This document shows positions 1 through 12,915 of a stretch of DNA of 64,000 nucleotides, piece after piece. Position 1 is the first letter of the stretch, and the number at the start of each line of letters is the position of its first letter. The stretch lies in contig CAWCHK010000009.1 of the NCBI GenBank assembly GCA_963795385.1, forward strand, positions 17,632 to 81,631, in the 5' to 3' direction. Made by a program: the position numbers and the translations under genes. Origin of the DNA: an uncultured Actinomycetota bacterium (GTDB taxonomy: Bacteria > Actinomycetota > Actinomycetes > Actinomycetales > CAVURS01). The notes beneath the pieces are model-generated. The model did no database searches, was not told where the DNA came from, and saw nothing but the letters and a program-made list of their open reading frames with translations.

Positions 1-194
1 AGCAGCTGGGCGACGCGGTGTCGATCTATCTCGACGGCGGGCCGTGCCCCGGCAGCCTGGCGTCGACCATCGTCGACGTGACGGGGGAGCGGCCGCGGGT
101 GCTGCGGGTCGGCGCGCTGTCGCTGGACCGGCTGCGCACCGTCGTCCCCGACCTGGTCACGCCGGATCCGACCCGCAGCGGGCCCACCGGGTGA
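1..194 (+). CDS. tsaC: L-threonylcarbamoyladenylate synthase (Sua5/TsaC), 3' part
   Basis: Frame 3 reads QLGDAVSIYLDGGPCPGSLASTIVDVTGERPRVLRVGAL, a typical Sua5/YrdC C-terminus. Its TGA overlaps the next GTG, and the position upstream of wecA-atp is conserved. Confidence 0.8.
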   Translation, partial: QLGDAVSIYLDGGPCPGSLASTIVDVTGERPRVLRVGALSLDRLRTVVPDLVTPDPTRSGPTG

Positions 195-1325
195 GGGAGT
201 ACCTCTTCGTCCTCGTGATGGCCGCGGCCGTGACCTACGTGGCCACGCCGCTCGTGCGCTGGTTCGCGTTCAAGGTCGGTGCCCTGAACCCGGTCCGCGA
301 GCGGGACATGCACGCCGAGCCGATGCCCCGCCTCGGCGGCGTCGGGATGTTCTGCGGGTTCGCCGCCGCGGTGCTGCTGGCCTGGAAGCTGCCGTTCCTG
401 TCCCAGGTGTTCGCCTCCGGGGAGCCGCAGGCGGTGCTGCTCGGCGCGGGCCTGGTCTGCGCGCTCGGGGTCATCGACGACCTGCGCGGCCTGGACGCCC
501 TGACCAAGCTGGCCGGCCAGCTGCTGGCCGCCGGGCTGATGGCCTACCAGGGCATCCAGCTGCTGTCGCTGCCGCTCTTCGGCGTGACCGTGCTGCCGAC
601 GCCGGTGCTGGTCGGGCTGACCGTGCTGGTCGTGGTCGTCACGATCAACGCGGTCAACTTCGTGGACGGCCTGGACGGGCTGGCGGCCGGGCATCGTCGG
701 GATCGCCGCGGTCGCGTTCTTCACCTACTCCTACCTGCTCGCCCGGTCCTACGACCCCAACGTCTTCAGCGCCGCCTCGTTGATCACGGCGGCGCTGATC
801 GGCTGCTGCGCGGGCTTCCTGCCGCACAACTTCAACCCGGCCCGGATCTTCATGGGCGACTCCGGGTCGATGCTGCTCGGCCTGCTGCTGGCGGCCGCGA
901 CGATCTCGCTCACCGGCAACGTCGACCCGGCCAACGTCCCGCTGCGGCTCGCGTCGTACGTGCCGATCCTGCTGCCGGTCGCGGTGCTGCTGCTGCCGTC
1001 GCTGGACCTGGTGCTGGCGGTCATCCGGCGGACCCGGGCGGGGCAGAAGTGGAGCCAGCCGGACACCGGCCACCTGCACCACCGGCTGCTCGCCATCGGG
1101 CACAGCCACGCCCACGCGGTCCTGATCATGTACCTGTGGACGGCCGTCCTGACCTTCGGCGCGGCGTCGTTCGCGTTCGTCCCGGCGCGCACCGCGGCCG
1201 CCGTGATCGCCGGGGCGGCGGTGGTCGCGGCCGTGCTCACGGTGGGGCTGCCGCGGCTGCAGCGGCGGGCCGCCAGTCGCCGGGCGCGGAGTAAAGGTGG
1301 AGTAACGCCGCCCGAGCGCTTGTGA
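191..1325 (+). CDS. wecA: Undecaprenyl/decaprenyl-phosphate GlcNAc-1-phosphate transferase (WecA/MraY family), frameshift near 690
   Basis: Motifs MPRLGG, GVIDD, NAVNFVDGLDGLA, NFNPARIFMGDSGS and HLHHRL are split across ORFs 44..1294 and 780..1325. Confidence 0.85.
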
Positions 1326-1337
1326 TAGCGTTCACAA
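1320..1337. promoter_or_regulatory. Rex-like operator upstream of the atp operon
   Basis: TTGTGATAGCGTTCACAA is 1 mismatch from the Rex consensus TTGTGAA-N4-TTCACAA. Dyad symmetry extends over 1317-1340. Confidence 0.65.
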
Positions 1338-1597
1338 GCGAGGAGGAACGGTGGTCATAGCACCGGGAAAACCTCGGCAAACTGCCCGGATCACAGCCGA
1401 TTTCGCGGGAGGCGCCATGAGCAACCAGGCGATCTGCCGTGGTGGCTCGGTGGGGCCGGGCACGCGGTTCGGGCGGGTGTCCAGGGGCCGGTACGCTCTT
1501 GACGCTTCCCAGCCTTACCGCTGGGATCGTCACGGCGTGTGGCCACTCGGTTCGGCCACTGGCTGCGGAGCACCGCACCAGCGATGGGACCAACGAC

Positions 1598-2091
1598 GTG
1601 ACCACCGAGAGGAGCGAGTCCTTGTCGGAGCTACCTGCCCAGCAGGGACCAGCGCCACAGGCGGTCGGCGACGGCGAGCTGCCACGCCCCCGGGCCGCCC
1701 GCCCACCCTGCGCGACTCGGTCGCGGGCCAGCGCCGGATCGTCCAGGTCGGCGCGCTCGTCGTGCTCGCCGCCCTGGTCGGTCGGCGCTGCGGTCTCGGC
1801 GAGCCGGCCATCGGCGCGTTCTTCGCCGCCGGCGTGGTCCTGGCCATCGTCAACGCCGTCCTCACCGAGCATTCGATGGCCCGGATGGTCGCCAGCGGGG
1901 AGCTGCTGAGCAAGAAGCAGTTCGCGGCGAGCTCCATGATGCGACTTGGCGCGGTGTCCCTCGTAGGCTTCGGGCTCGTCGTCCTGTTCTGGCCGCACGG
2001 CGTCGCGGTGCTGTTCGGCCTGGCCGTCTTCCAGTTCGCCACCCTGGTGCTGCAAGGCATCCCGTTGCTGAAGGAGCTGCACAAGGTATGA
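1598..2091 (+). CDS. atpI: ATP synthase accessory protein I (AtpI/Rv1303-like membrane protein), probable frameshift near 1690
   Basis: About 4 hydrophobic segments with KKQFAASSMMRL; its stop overlaps the atpB ATG. The start codon is uncertain. Confidence 0.6.
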
Positions 2092-2958
2092 GTGCCCTCA
2101 CCCTCGCAGCCTTGCCGAGCGCCGACATCGAGGTCGGGGTCCACCACACGGCCACGTTCCTCGGCATGACCTTCAACGTCGACACCATCTGGACCACGCT
2201 GATCGCCGGGACGATCGTGCTCGGCCTCGGGCTTCTTCGTCGCCAGCCGGGTCACCTCGGGGGTGCCGGGCAAGATCCAGCTGATCTGGGAGAGCATCGT
2301 CAACTGGATCAGCCAGCTGGTCCAGGACAACATCGGCAAGCCGGACCGCAACGTGATCCAGCTGGCGATCATGCTGTTCACGCTGATCCTGGTGTCCAAC
2401 TGGCTCGAGCTGATCCCCAGCCAGCACTACCTGCCGGCGCCGACGTCGGACCTCAACCTCACGCTGGCCCTCGCGCTGATCGTGATCTTCGGCGTCCACG
2501 TGCGCGGCATCCGGGCCAAGGGCCTCAAGGGCTACGTCAAGCACTACTTCGAGCCGTACGCCGTGCTCTTCCCGCTGAAGCTGATCGAGGAGATCGTCAA
2601 GCCGTTCACGCTGGCGCTGCGACTCTTCGGCAACATCTTCGCCGGCGGGCTGATGCTCTCGATCATCGGACTGATCCCGGTGGCGGCCAACTGGCCGCTG
2701 CAGATCGTCTGGAAGGTCTTCGACATGGCGATCGGCGGGATCCAGGCGTTCATCTTCGCCCTGCTGACCGTCCTCTACTACGCCGAGGCCAGCGAGACCC
2801 ACGCCGACCAGGACGCGCACCTCGGGGACGAGGCGCACGCCGGTGACGGCGAGGGCGAGCGGCACCGGCAAGGCCGGCCGCGCATCCGTGACGTTGCCCG
2901 ACAAGCAGCCGGAACCCGCCGGCGCCCACTGAGCCGCACTGAGCCGACCGACCACTGA
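2088..2958 (+). CDS. atpB: F0F1 ATP synthase subunit a, frameshift near 2230 (true stop may be at 2932)
   Basis: IEVGVHHTATFLGMTFNVDT N-terminus; KPFTLALRLFGNIFAG with the essential Arg; IQAFIFALLT. Confidence 0.9.
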
Positions 2959-3315
<357 letters not shown>

Positions 3316-3340
3316 GTCCACCCCAGCCAGACGGGACTGA

Positions 3341-3865
<525 letters not shown>

Positions 3866-3875
3866 GGGAGCACTG

Positions 3876-4696
3876 ATGCAGGGCAGCAGCAGGGCCTCTC
3901 TGGCCGCCGCACTCAAGCGGCTGGACGCGGCGACCGGCAAGGGCGTCGACGTGCGCGGGCGTCGGCGACGACCTGTTCGCGATCACGGCCGCCCTCGACT
4001 CCAGCGCGACCCTGCGCCGGGCGCTGACCGACCCGGGCCGCGAGCCGGACGCTCGCGGGCCTCGCTGGTCACCGGGCTGTTCGGCGGCAAGGTCGTGCGA
4101 CGTCGGCGCTCGCGCTGGCCCAGGACGTCGCCCGGGCCCGCTGGTCCACCTCGGGCGACCTGGCCGACGCCGTCGAGTCGCTGGCGGTCGCGGCGGTCGG
4201 TCGTCTCGGCCGACAACGACGGGCACCTCGGCGCGCTCGAGGACGAGCTGTTCCGGTTCGAGCGGACCGTCCAGGGCAACCACGAGCTCCGCGACGCCTT
4301 CGGCGACCGCCGGGGCAACCCGGCAGGCCAAGGCCGAGCTGGTCGAGGACCTGCTGCGACGGCAAGGCCACCGACCAGACCATCCGGCTGGCCCGCCAGG
4401 CCGTCCTCGCACCGCGCGGGCGTCGGCTCGGCGCCTCGCTGGAGACCTACCTGATCGCCGCGGCCATCCGCCGGGAGCAGGCCGTGGCCCACGCGACCGT
4501 GGCTGCGCCGCTGTCGGCCGCGCACCACGACCGGCTGCAGGCCGCCCTGTCCAAGCTGTTCGGCCGGCCGATCCAGCTCAACGTCGACGTCGACCCGACG
4601 ATCATCGGCGGCATCCGGGTCGAGGTCGGCGACGAGGTCGTCGACGGCTCGATCCTGGGCCGCCTCGAAGAAGCCAACCGCCGGCTCGCCGGCTGA
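3876..4696 (+). CDS. atpH: F0F1 ATP synthase subunit delta (long actinobacterial type), several frameshifts
   Basis: Starts MQGSSRASL, contains [10 protein letters not shown], ends [21 protein letters not shown]. Confidence 0.88.
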
Positions 4697-4734
4697 CCAC
4701 GCGAACACCGCAGACCTCACAGAGAGCAGGAGAC

Positions 4735-6377
4735 ATGACCGAGCTCACCATCCGCCCGGAGGAGATCCGGGACGCGCTGGACGCGTTCGTGAAGTCCTAC
4801 GAGCCCGGCACTGCGGCCCGCGAAGAGGTCGGCCGGGTCAGCGAGGCCGGCGACGGCATCGCCCAGATCGAGGGCCTGCCCTCGGTCATGGCCAGCGAGC
4901 TGCTGCGCTTCGAGGACGGCACGCTGGGCCTCGCCCTGAACCTCGACGTCCGCTCGATCGGCGCCGTCGTGCTCGGTGAGTTCACCGGCATCGACGAGGG
5001 CCAGGAGGTCCACCGCACCGGCGAGATCCTCTCGGTGCCGGTCGGCGACAACTTCCTCGGCCGGGTGGTCGACCCGCTCGGCGAGCCGATCGACGGCCTC
5101 GGCCCGATCGAGTCGAGCGAGCGCCGGCCCGCTGGAGACCCAGGCCGCGACGCGTCGTCGAGCGCAAGAGCGTGCACGAGCCGCTGCAGACCGGCATCAA
5201 GGCGATCGACGCGATGACGCCGATCGGCCGCGGCCAGCGCCAGCTGATCATCGGCGACCGGCAGACCGGCAAGACGGCGATCGCGATCGACACGATCATC
5301 AACCAGAAGGACGCCTGGGCCAGCGGCGACCCGGACAAGCAGGTCCGCTGCATCTACGTCGCGATCGGCCAGAAGGGCTCGACCATCGCGGCCGTCCGCG
5401 GCGCGCTCGAGGACGCCGGCGCGCTGGAGTACACGACGATCGTCGCGGCCCCGGCCTCCGACCCGGCCGGCTTCAAGTACCTCGCGCCGTACACCGGCTC
5501 GGCCATCGGCCAGCACTGGATGTACGCCGGCAAGCACGTCCTGATCATCTTCGACGACCTGTCCAAGCAGGCCGAGGCCTACCGCGCGGTGTCGCTGCTG
5601 CTGCGCCGCCCGCCGGGCCGCGAGGCCTACCCGGGCGACGTGTTCTACCTGCACAGCCGCCTGCTCGAGCGCTGCGCCAAGCTCTCCGACGACCTGGGCC
5701 ACGGCTCGATGACCGGCCTGCCGATCATCGAGACCAAGGCCAACGACGTCTCGGCGTACATCCCGACCAACGTCATCTCGATCACCGACGGCCAGATCTT
5801 CCTGCAGTCCGACCTGTTCAACGCCAACCAGCGGCCGGCGGTCGACGTCGGCATCTCGGTCTCCCGCGTCGGCGGTGCGGCGCAGGTCAAGGCGATGAAG
5901 TCGGTCGCCGGCCGGCTCAAGATCGACCTGGCGCAGTACCGCGCTCTGGAGGCGTTCGCGATGTTCGCCTCCGACCTGGACGCGGCCTCGCGGCAGCAGC
6001 TGTCCCGCGGCCAGCGGCTGATGGAGCTGCTCAAGCAGCCGCAGTACTCGCCGTACCCGGTCGAGGAGCAGGTCGTCTCGGTCTGGCTGGGCACCACCGG
6101 CCAGCTGGACGACATCGCGGTCGAGGACGTCCGGCTGTTCGAGCAGGACTTCCTGACCAAGCTGCGCAGCAACGGCAAGGCGCTGAACACGATCCGGGAG
6201 ACCGGCGCGTTCGACGACGACACCGAGGCGGCGCTGAAGACCGAGCTCGACGCGTTCAAGCGCGGCTACGCCAAGGACAGCGACACCTCGGTGCACCACG
6301 CGGGTCACGAGGAGAACGAGGCGATGGAGGACGAGGACGTCCACCAGGAGCAGATCGTCAAGCAGAAGCGCGGCTGA
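4735..6377 (+). CDS. atpA: F0F1 ATP synthase subunit alpha, frameshifts near 5130-5160
   Basis: GDGIA, P-loop [31 protein letters not shown]. Confidence 0.96.
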
Positions 6378-6397
6378 GGGAGCTGAGCTGACCCACC

Positions 6398-7308
6398 ATG
6401 GGAGCCCAGCAACGGGTCTATCGCAACCGGATCAAGTCGACCCAGTCGATGAAGAAGATCTTCAGCGCGATGGAGCTGATCGCCACCTCGCGGATCGCCC
6501 GCGCGCGCGCGAAGGTGGCGGCGTCCGCGCCGTACGCCAACGCGATCACGCGCGCGCTGTCGGCGGTGGCGACCTGGTCCGACGTCGACCACCCGCTGCT
6601 GACCGGCAAGGCCGAGGTCAAGCGGGCGGCGGTGCTGCTCATCACGAGTGACCGCGGCATGGCCGGCGCCTACTCCTTCAACGTGATCAAGGCCGGCGAG
6701 AGCCTGAACGAGCTGCTGCACGAGCGCAGCGTCGAGTCGGTGCCGTACGTCGCCGGCCGCAAGGGCGTGGCGTTCTTCAAGTTCCGTCAGCGCAAGGTCG
6801 CGCACGAGTGGACCGGCTTCTCCGAGGCGCCGGAGTTCGAGCACGCCAAGGAGATCGCCGACGTCCTGGTCGACGCGTTCGTCCGCGGGCTCCGAGGACG
6901 GCGGGGTCGACGAGATCCACGTCGTCTACACCCGGTTCGTCAACATGGTCACCCAGGTGCCCGAGGTCATCCGGATGCTGCCGCTCGAGGTGGTCGAGGG
7001 CGTCGAGGAGCCCGCGCCCGGACCAGCTGATCCCGCTGTACGAGTTCGAGCCGGACGCCGAGCACGTGCTCGACACGCTGCTGCCGCAGTACGTCGGCGC
7101 GCGGATCTACAGCTGCCTGCTGCAGGCCTCGGCCAGCGAGCAGGCCGCCCGGCAGCGCGCGATGAAGTCGGCGTCGGACAACGCCGAGGAGCTCATCCGT
7201 CTCTACACCCGGCTGGCCAACCAGGCCCGCCAGTCCGAGATCACCCAGGAGATCAGCGAGATCGTCGGCGGCGCCGACGCGCTGGCCTCCGCAGGCGCCA
7301 GCAACTAA
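6398..7308 (+). CDS. atpG: F0F1 ATP synthase subunit gamma, frameshifts near 6890 and 7020
   Basis: [52 protein letters not shown]. Confidence 0.94.
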
Positions 7309-7329
7309 CCGGATAAGAGGGAAGCCACC

Positions 7330-9166
<1,837 letters not shown>

Positions 9167-9172
9167 GGCGTC

Positions 9173-9616
9173 ATGCACGACCTCCTCATCCCCCTCGAGG
9201 CGGTCGTCGCGGTGCTCGTCGTCACCGCTCTGCTCCTGTTCGGCGTCGCGTCCCGGCGGCGGTTCCTCTCCCGCGGCGTGGGCGCGTTCGACTGCTCGCT
9301 GCGGACCGGCACCGGCCGGGTCGGCAAGGGTTGGCGGCTCGGCGTCGCCCGCTACGAGTCCGACCGGATCGACTGGTACCGCGTGTTCTCGGTCAACCCC
9401 CGCCCCGCCGAGTCGCTCGTCCGGGCCGAGCTCGACGTCCAGGACCGGCGCAAGCCGTCCGGCCAGGAGACGTTCGCGGTGCTCGCCGGCTCGATCATCG
9501 CCCGATGTCTCTACCGCGGGGAGCAGGTCGAGCTGGCCATGACCGAGCAGGCGTACACCGGCTTCGCCTCGTGGCTGGAGGCGGCTCCGCCCGGCCAGGG
9601 CGTCAACGTCGCGTAG
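9173..9616 (+). CDS. DUF2550 family membrane protein
   Basis: N-terminal TM, GWRLGVARY, FASWLEAAPP; conserved position after atpC in actinomycetes. Confidence 0.8.
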   Translation: MHDLLIPLEAVVAVLVVTALLLFGVASRRRFLSRGVGAFDCSLRTGTGRVGKGWRLGVARYESDRIDWYRVFSVNPRPAESLVRAELDVQDRRKPSGQETFAVLAGSIIARCLYRGEQVELAMTEQAYTGFASWLEAAPPGQGVNVA

Positions 9617-9635
9617 CCGGCTGCACGGCGGCCAG

Positions 9636-10223
9636 CTAGCGGCCGCCGCCGGGCTGCCAGAGGACGTCGCCGCCCTGATCGTGGTTGGCGTGCCGGGCCA
9701 GGATGAAGAGCAGGTCCGAGAGCCGGTTGAGGTAGGTCGCCGTCAGCGGGTTCACCCCGCCGTCCTCACCCGTGCCGTACGCCGCGATGGCCGCCCACGC
9801 GGACCGCTCGGCCCGGCGGGCGACGGTCCGGGCCACGTGCAGGTACGCAGAGCCCGCCGTCCCGCCGGGGAGCACGAACGAGCGGAGCTTGGCCAGCGGC
9901 TCGTTGTAGGTGTCGCAGGCCGACTCGAGCTCGTCGACCCAAGGGGCCTGGACCCGCAGCGGGGTGTGGTCGTAGACCGGCGCGAGCGGCGTGCACAGGT
10001 CGGCGCCGACGTCGAACAGGTCGTTCTGCACCCGCCGTAGCAGCGTCGCGACGTCGCCGGACAGGCCGCCGAGGGTGACGGCGACCCCGACCGCGGCGTT
10101 GGTCTCGTCGACGTCGGCGTACGCCGCGAGCCGGGCGTCGGTCTTCGCCGTCCGGCTGAAGTCGCCCAGCGCGGTGGTGCCGTCGTCGCCGGTTCGGGTG
10201 TAGATCCGGGTGAGGTTGACCAT
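9636..10223 (-). CDS. Cob(I)alamin adenosyltransferase, PduO type
   Basis: [38 protein letters not shown]. Confidence 0.92.
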   Translation of the reverse strand: MVNLTRIYTRTGDDGTTALGDFSRTAKTDARLAAYADVDETNAAVGVAVTLGGLSGDVATLLRRVQNDLFDVGADLCTPLAPVYDHTPLRVQAPWVDELESACDTYNEPLAKLRSFVLPGGTAGSAYLHVARTVARRAERSAWAAIAAYGTGEDGGVNPLTATYLNRLSDLLFILARHANHDQGGDVLWQPGGGR

Positions 10224-10256
10224 GCCGGCCAGCCTAGGGGCCTAGCCTTGGCGGCC

Positions 10257-11543
10257 GTGGACAGCTTTCGGGTGGTCGGGGGGACCCGGCTGAGCGGCGA
10301 GGTCGTCATCGACGGCGCGAAGAACAGCGCGCTGAAGCTGATGGCCGCCTCCCTGCTGGCCGTCGGGCGGACCGAGCTGACCAACATCCCGGCGATCCGG
10401 GACGTCGAGGTCATGGCCGAGCTGCTGCGCCGGCTGGGCTGCGAGGTCCAGCACTCGATGGCCGACGCCACCGTCGTGATCGACGTACCGGAGAAGGTCG
10501 GCCACCGGGCCGACTACGACCTGGTCCGCGCGATGCGGGCCTCGATCAGCGTCCTCGGCCCCCTGGTCGCCCGGGTCGGGCTGGCCGACGTGGCCATCCC
10601 CGGTGGCGACGCGATCGGGTCGCGAGGCCTGGACCTGCACGCGAGCGGCCTGGAGCGGCTGGGCGCCCGGGTCCACGTGGACCACGGCTACCTGGTCGCG
10701 GAGGCCCCGGACGGGCTGACCGGCGCGGCCGTCGGGCTGGACTTCCCGTCGGTCGGCGCGACCGAGAACATCCTGATGGCGGCGGTCCTGGCCCGCGGCA
10801 CGACGGTCATCGACAACGCGGCCCGCGAGCCGGAGATCATCGACATCACCCGGATGCTGATCGAGATGGGCGCCCAGGTGGAGGGGGTCGGCGGCTCGAC
10901 CCTCGTCGTGCACGGCGTCGACGCGCTGAGCCCGGTCCGGCACCGCGTCGTGCCGGACCGGATCGCCGCCGGCACCTGGGCGTTCGCGGCCGCGACGACG
11001 CGGGGCGACATCACGATCCGGTCGGCCGAGGCGGGTCATCTCGACCTCGTGCTGGACAAGCTGACCCACGCGGGGAGTGACGTGTCGCGCACGGACGACG
11101 GCTTCCGGGTCGTCGCCACGGACCGCTCGCTGCGGGCCATCGACGCTGCGACCCTGCCCTACCCGGGCTTCCCGACCGACCTGCAGCCGTTCGTGCTGGC
11201 CTACGACGCGGTGGCCGAGGGGTCGGGCATGGTGACCGAGAACCTGTTCGAGGCCCGGTTCCGCACGGTCCAGGAGCTGGCCCGGCTCGGCGCCGACATC
11301 CGGGTGGACGGGCACCACGCGATGGTCCACGGCAAGCCCGTGCTCTCGGCCGCGCCGGTCGAGGCGAGCGACATCCGGGCCGGGGCCGCGCTGGTGATCG
11401 CCGGGCTCGTGGCCGAGGGGACGACGCGGGTCAGCGGGGTGCACCACGTCGACCGCGGGTACGCCCACTTCGACGAGCACCTGCGGGCCCTCGGAGCCGA
11501 CGTACGCCGGGAGGCCGACCCGCTGGCCCCTCTGGCCGGCTAG
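10257..11543 (+). CDS. murA: UDP-N-acetylglucosamine 1-carboxyvinyltransferase
   Basis: [41 protein letters not shown]. Start is GTG 10257 (or TTG 10248). Confidence 0.95.
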   Translation: MDSFRVVGGTRLSGEVVIDGAKNSALKLMAASLLAVGRTELTNIPAIRDVEVMAELLRRLGCEVQHSMADATVVIDVPEKVGHRADYDLVRAMRASISVLGPLVARVGLADVAIPGGDAIGSRGLDLHASGLERLGARVHVDHGYLVAEAPDGLTGAAVGLDFPSVGATENILMAAVLARGTTVIDNAAREPEIIDITRMLIEMGAQVEGVGGSTLVVHGVDALSPVRHRVVPDRIAAGTWAFAAATTRGDITIRSAEAGHLDLVLDKLTHAGSDVSRTDDGFRVVATDRSLRAIDAATLPYPGFPTDLQPFVLAYDAVAEGSGMVTENLFEARFRTVQELARLGADIRVDGHHAMVHGKPVLSAAPVEASDIRAGAALVIAGLVAEGTTRVSGVHHVDRGYAHFDEHLRALGADVRREADPLAPLAG

Positions 11544-11552
11544 CCGACCCGC

Positions 11553-11652
11553 TGCTCCCACCCGGCCGCCGTACTCCAGGATGGCCGGTGATCCGGGCGG
11601 TTCCGGGGCTGCTTCACCGGCCGGGTGGGAGCACCGCGGCCGGGTGGGAGCA
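11553..11652. repeat. 16-bp element in one inverted and two direct copies between convergent genes (REP-like or terminator)
   Basis: TGCTCCCACCCGGCCG at 11553-11568; its reverse complement CGGCCGGGTGGGAGCA at 11618-11633 and 11637-11652. Confidence 0.75.
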
Positions 11653-11660
11653 CAGGGGGG

Positions 11661-11978
11661 TCAGCCGCGCAGGAGGGCGCGGGCGGTGCGGGCCTCCTCG
11701 GGGAAGACCAGGACCCGGGGGCCGTCCACCGTGCGGGCCATCGTGGCCCGGATGCCGGCGTCGACCAGCTTGAGCCGGAGCATCTCCGCCTCGACGACGC
11801 TGCCCGGCGAGGCGACCGGCACCAGCGCGCCGTACTCGTCCTCGTGACCGGGCCGGACCGGCCGCTCGACCACCGACCCGCCGTGCGAGAAGGCCCACCG
11901 CAGCAACAGCGCCAGCACGCCGACGACGAGCAGGGCGATGCCCGGACCCCACAAGTAGCCCGCCTCGCTGCCCGGCAC
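11661..11978 (-). CDS. Small membrane-anchored hypothetical protein
   Basis: TM segment (GIALLVVGVLALLLRWAFS), then EDEYGALVPVA...LVDAGIRAT...RVLVFP; GC3-rich frame. Confidence 0.7.
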   Translation of the reverse strand: MPGSEAGYLWGPGIALLVVGVLALLLRWAFSHGGSVVERPVRPGHEDEYGALVPVASPGSVVEAEMLRLKLVDAGIRATMARTVDGPRVLVFPEEARTARALLRG

Positions 11979-12012
11979 GACCCCAGTCTCCCGCTGGCGT
12001 AACCTCCGCGCC

Positions 12013-12879
12013 ATGGCAGACAAACCAAACGGTCCGCTGGTCGTCGTGGGCGCGGGGCTGATGGGGTCGGGCATCGCCCAGGTCGCCGCCACCGCCGGCC
12101 ACGACGTCATCCTGCGCGACGTCACCGGCGACGCCCTGGCCCGCGGCACGTCGGGCATCGCCCGCTCGCTCGACCGCTTCGTCGACAAGGCGACGCTGAG
12201 CCGCGAGGAGGCCGACGCGGCCATCGCCCGGATCACGACGACCACCGACCTGGACTGCGTCAGCGGGGCCGGCCTGGTCGTCGAGGCGGTGTTCGAGAGC
12301 CTGGACGTCAAGACCGAGCTCTTCGCCGAGCTGGACCGGCTCGCACCGGCCGGCGCGCTCCTGGCGACGAACACCTCGGCCATCCCGATCACCCGGATCG
12401 CCGCCGCGACCGATCGGCCGGAGTCGGTCGTTGGTACGCACTTCTTCTCGCCGGTGCCGATGATGGCCCTGTGCGAGCTGGTCCGCGGCTACAAGACCAG
12501 TGACGAGACCCTGGCCCGGGCTCGAGCCTTCGCGGAGTCGGTCGGCAAGACCTGCGTGGTCGTCAACCGCGATGTCGCGGGCTTCGTGACGACCCGGCTG
12601 ATCGCGGCCTTGGCCATGGAGGCCGTCCGGCTGGTCGAGAGCGGGGTGGCGAGCGCCGAGGACGTCGACGTCGCCTGCAAGCTCGGCTTCGGCCACGCGA
12701 TGGGCCCGCTCGCGACGACCGACCTCACCGGGGTCGACATCCTGCGCAACGCCTCCCAGAACATCTACGACGAGACCCAGGACGAGAAGTTCGCCCCGCC
12801 GGAGCTGCTCAACCGGATGGTCAGCGCCGGCGACCTGGGCCGCAAGTCCGGTCGCGGCTTCTACACCTACGACCGCTGA
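12013..12879 (+). CDS. 3-hydroxybutyryl-CoA dehydrogenase family protein
   Basis: GAGLMGSG, EAVFE, TNTS, GTHFFSP, MGPL, GRKSGRGFY. Confidence 0.9.
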   Translation: MADKPNGPLVVVGAGLMGSGIAQVAATAGHDVILRDVTGDALARGTSGIARSLDRFVDKATLSREEADAAIARITTTTDLDCVSGAGLVVEAVFESLDVKTELFAELDRLAPAGALLATNTSAIPITRIAAATDRPESVVGTHFFSPVPMMALCELVRGYKTSDETLARARAFAESVGKTCVVVNRDVAGFVTTRLIAALAMEAVRLVESGVASAEDVDVACKLGFGHAMGPLATTDLTGVDILRNASQNIYDETQDEKFAPPELLNRMVSAGDLGRKSGRGFYTYDR

Positions 12880-12915
12880 CCCGGCGCCCTCGCCGCCGCG
12901 TGCGATAGTCCTCGG

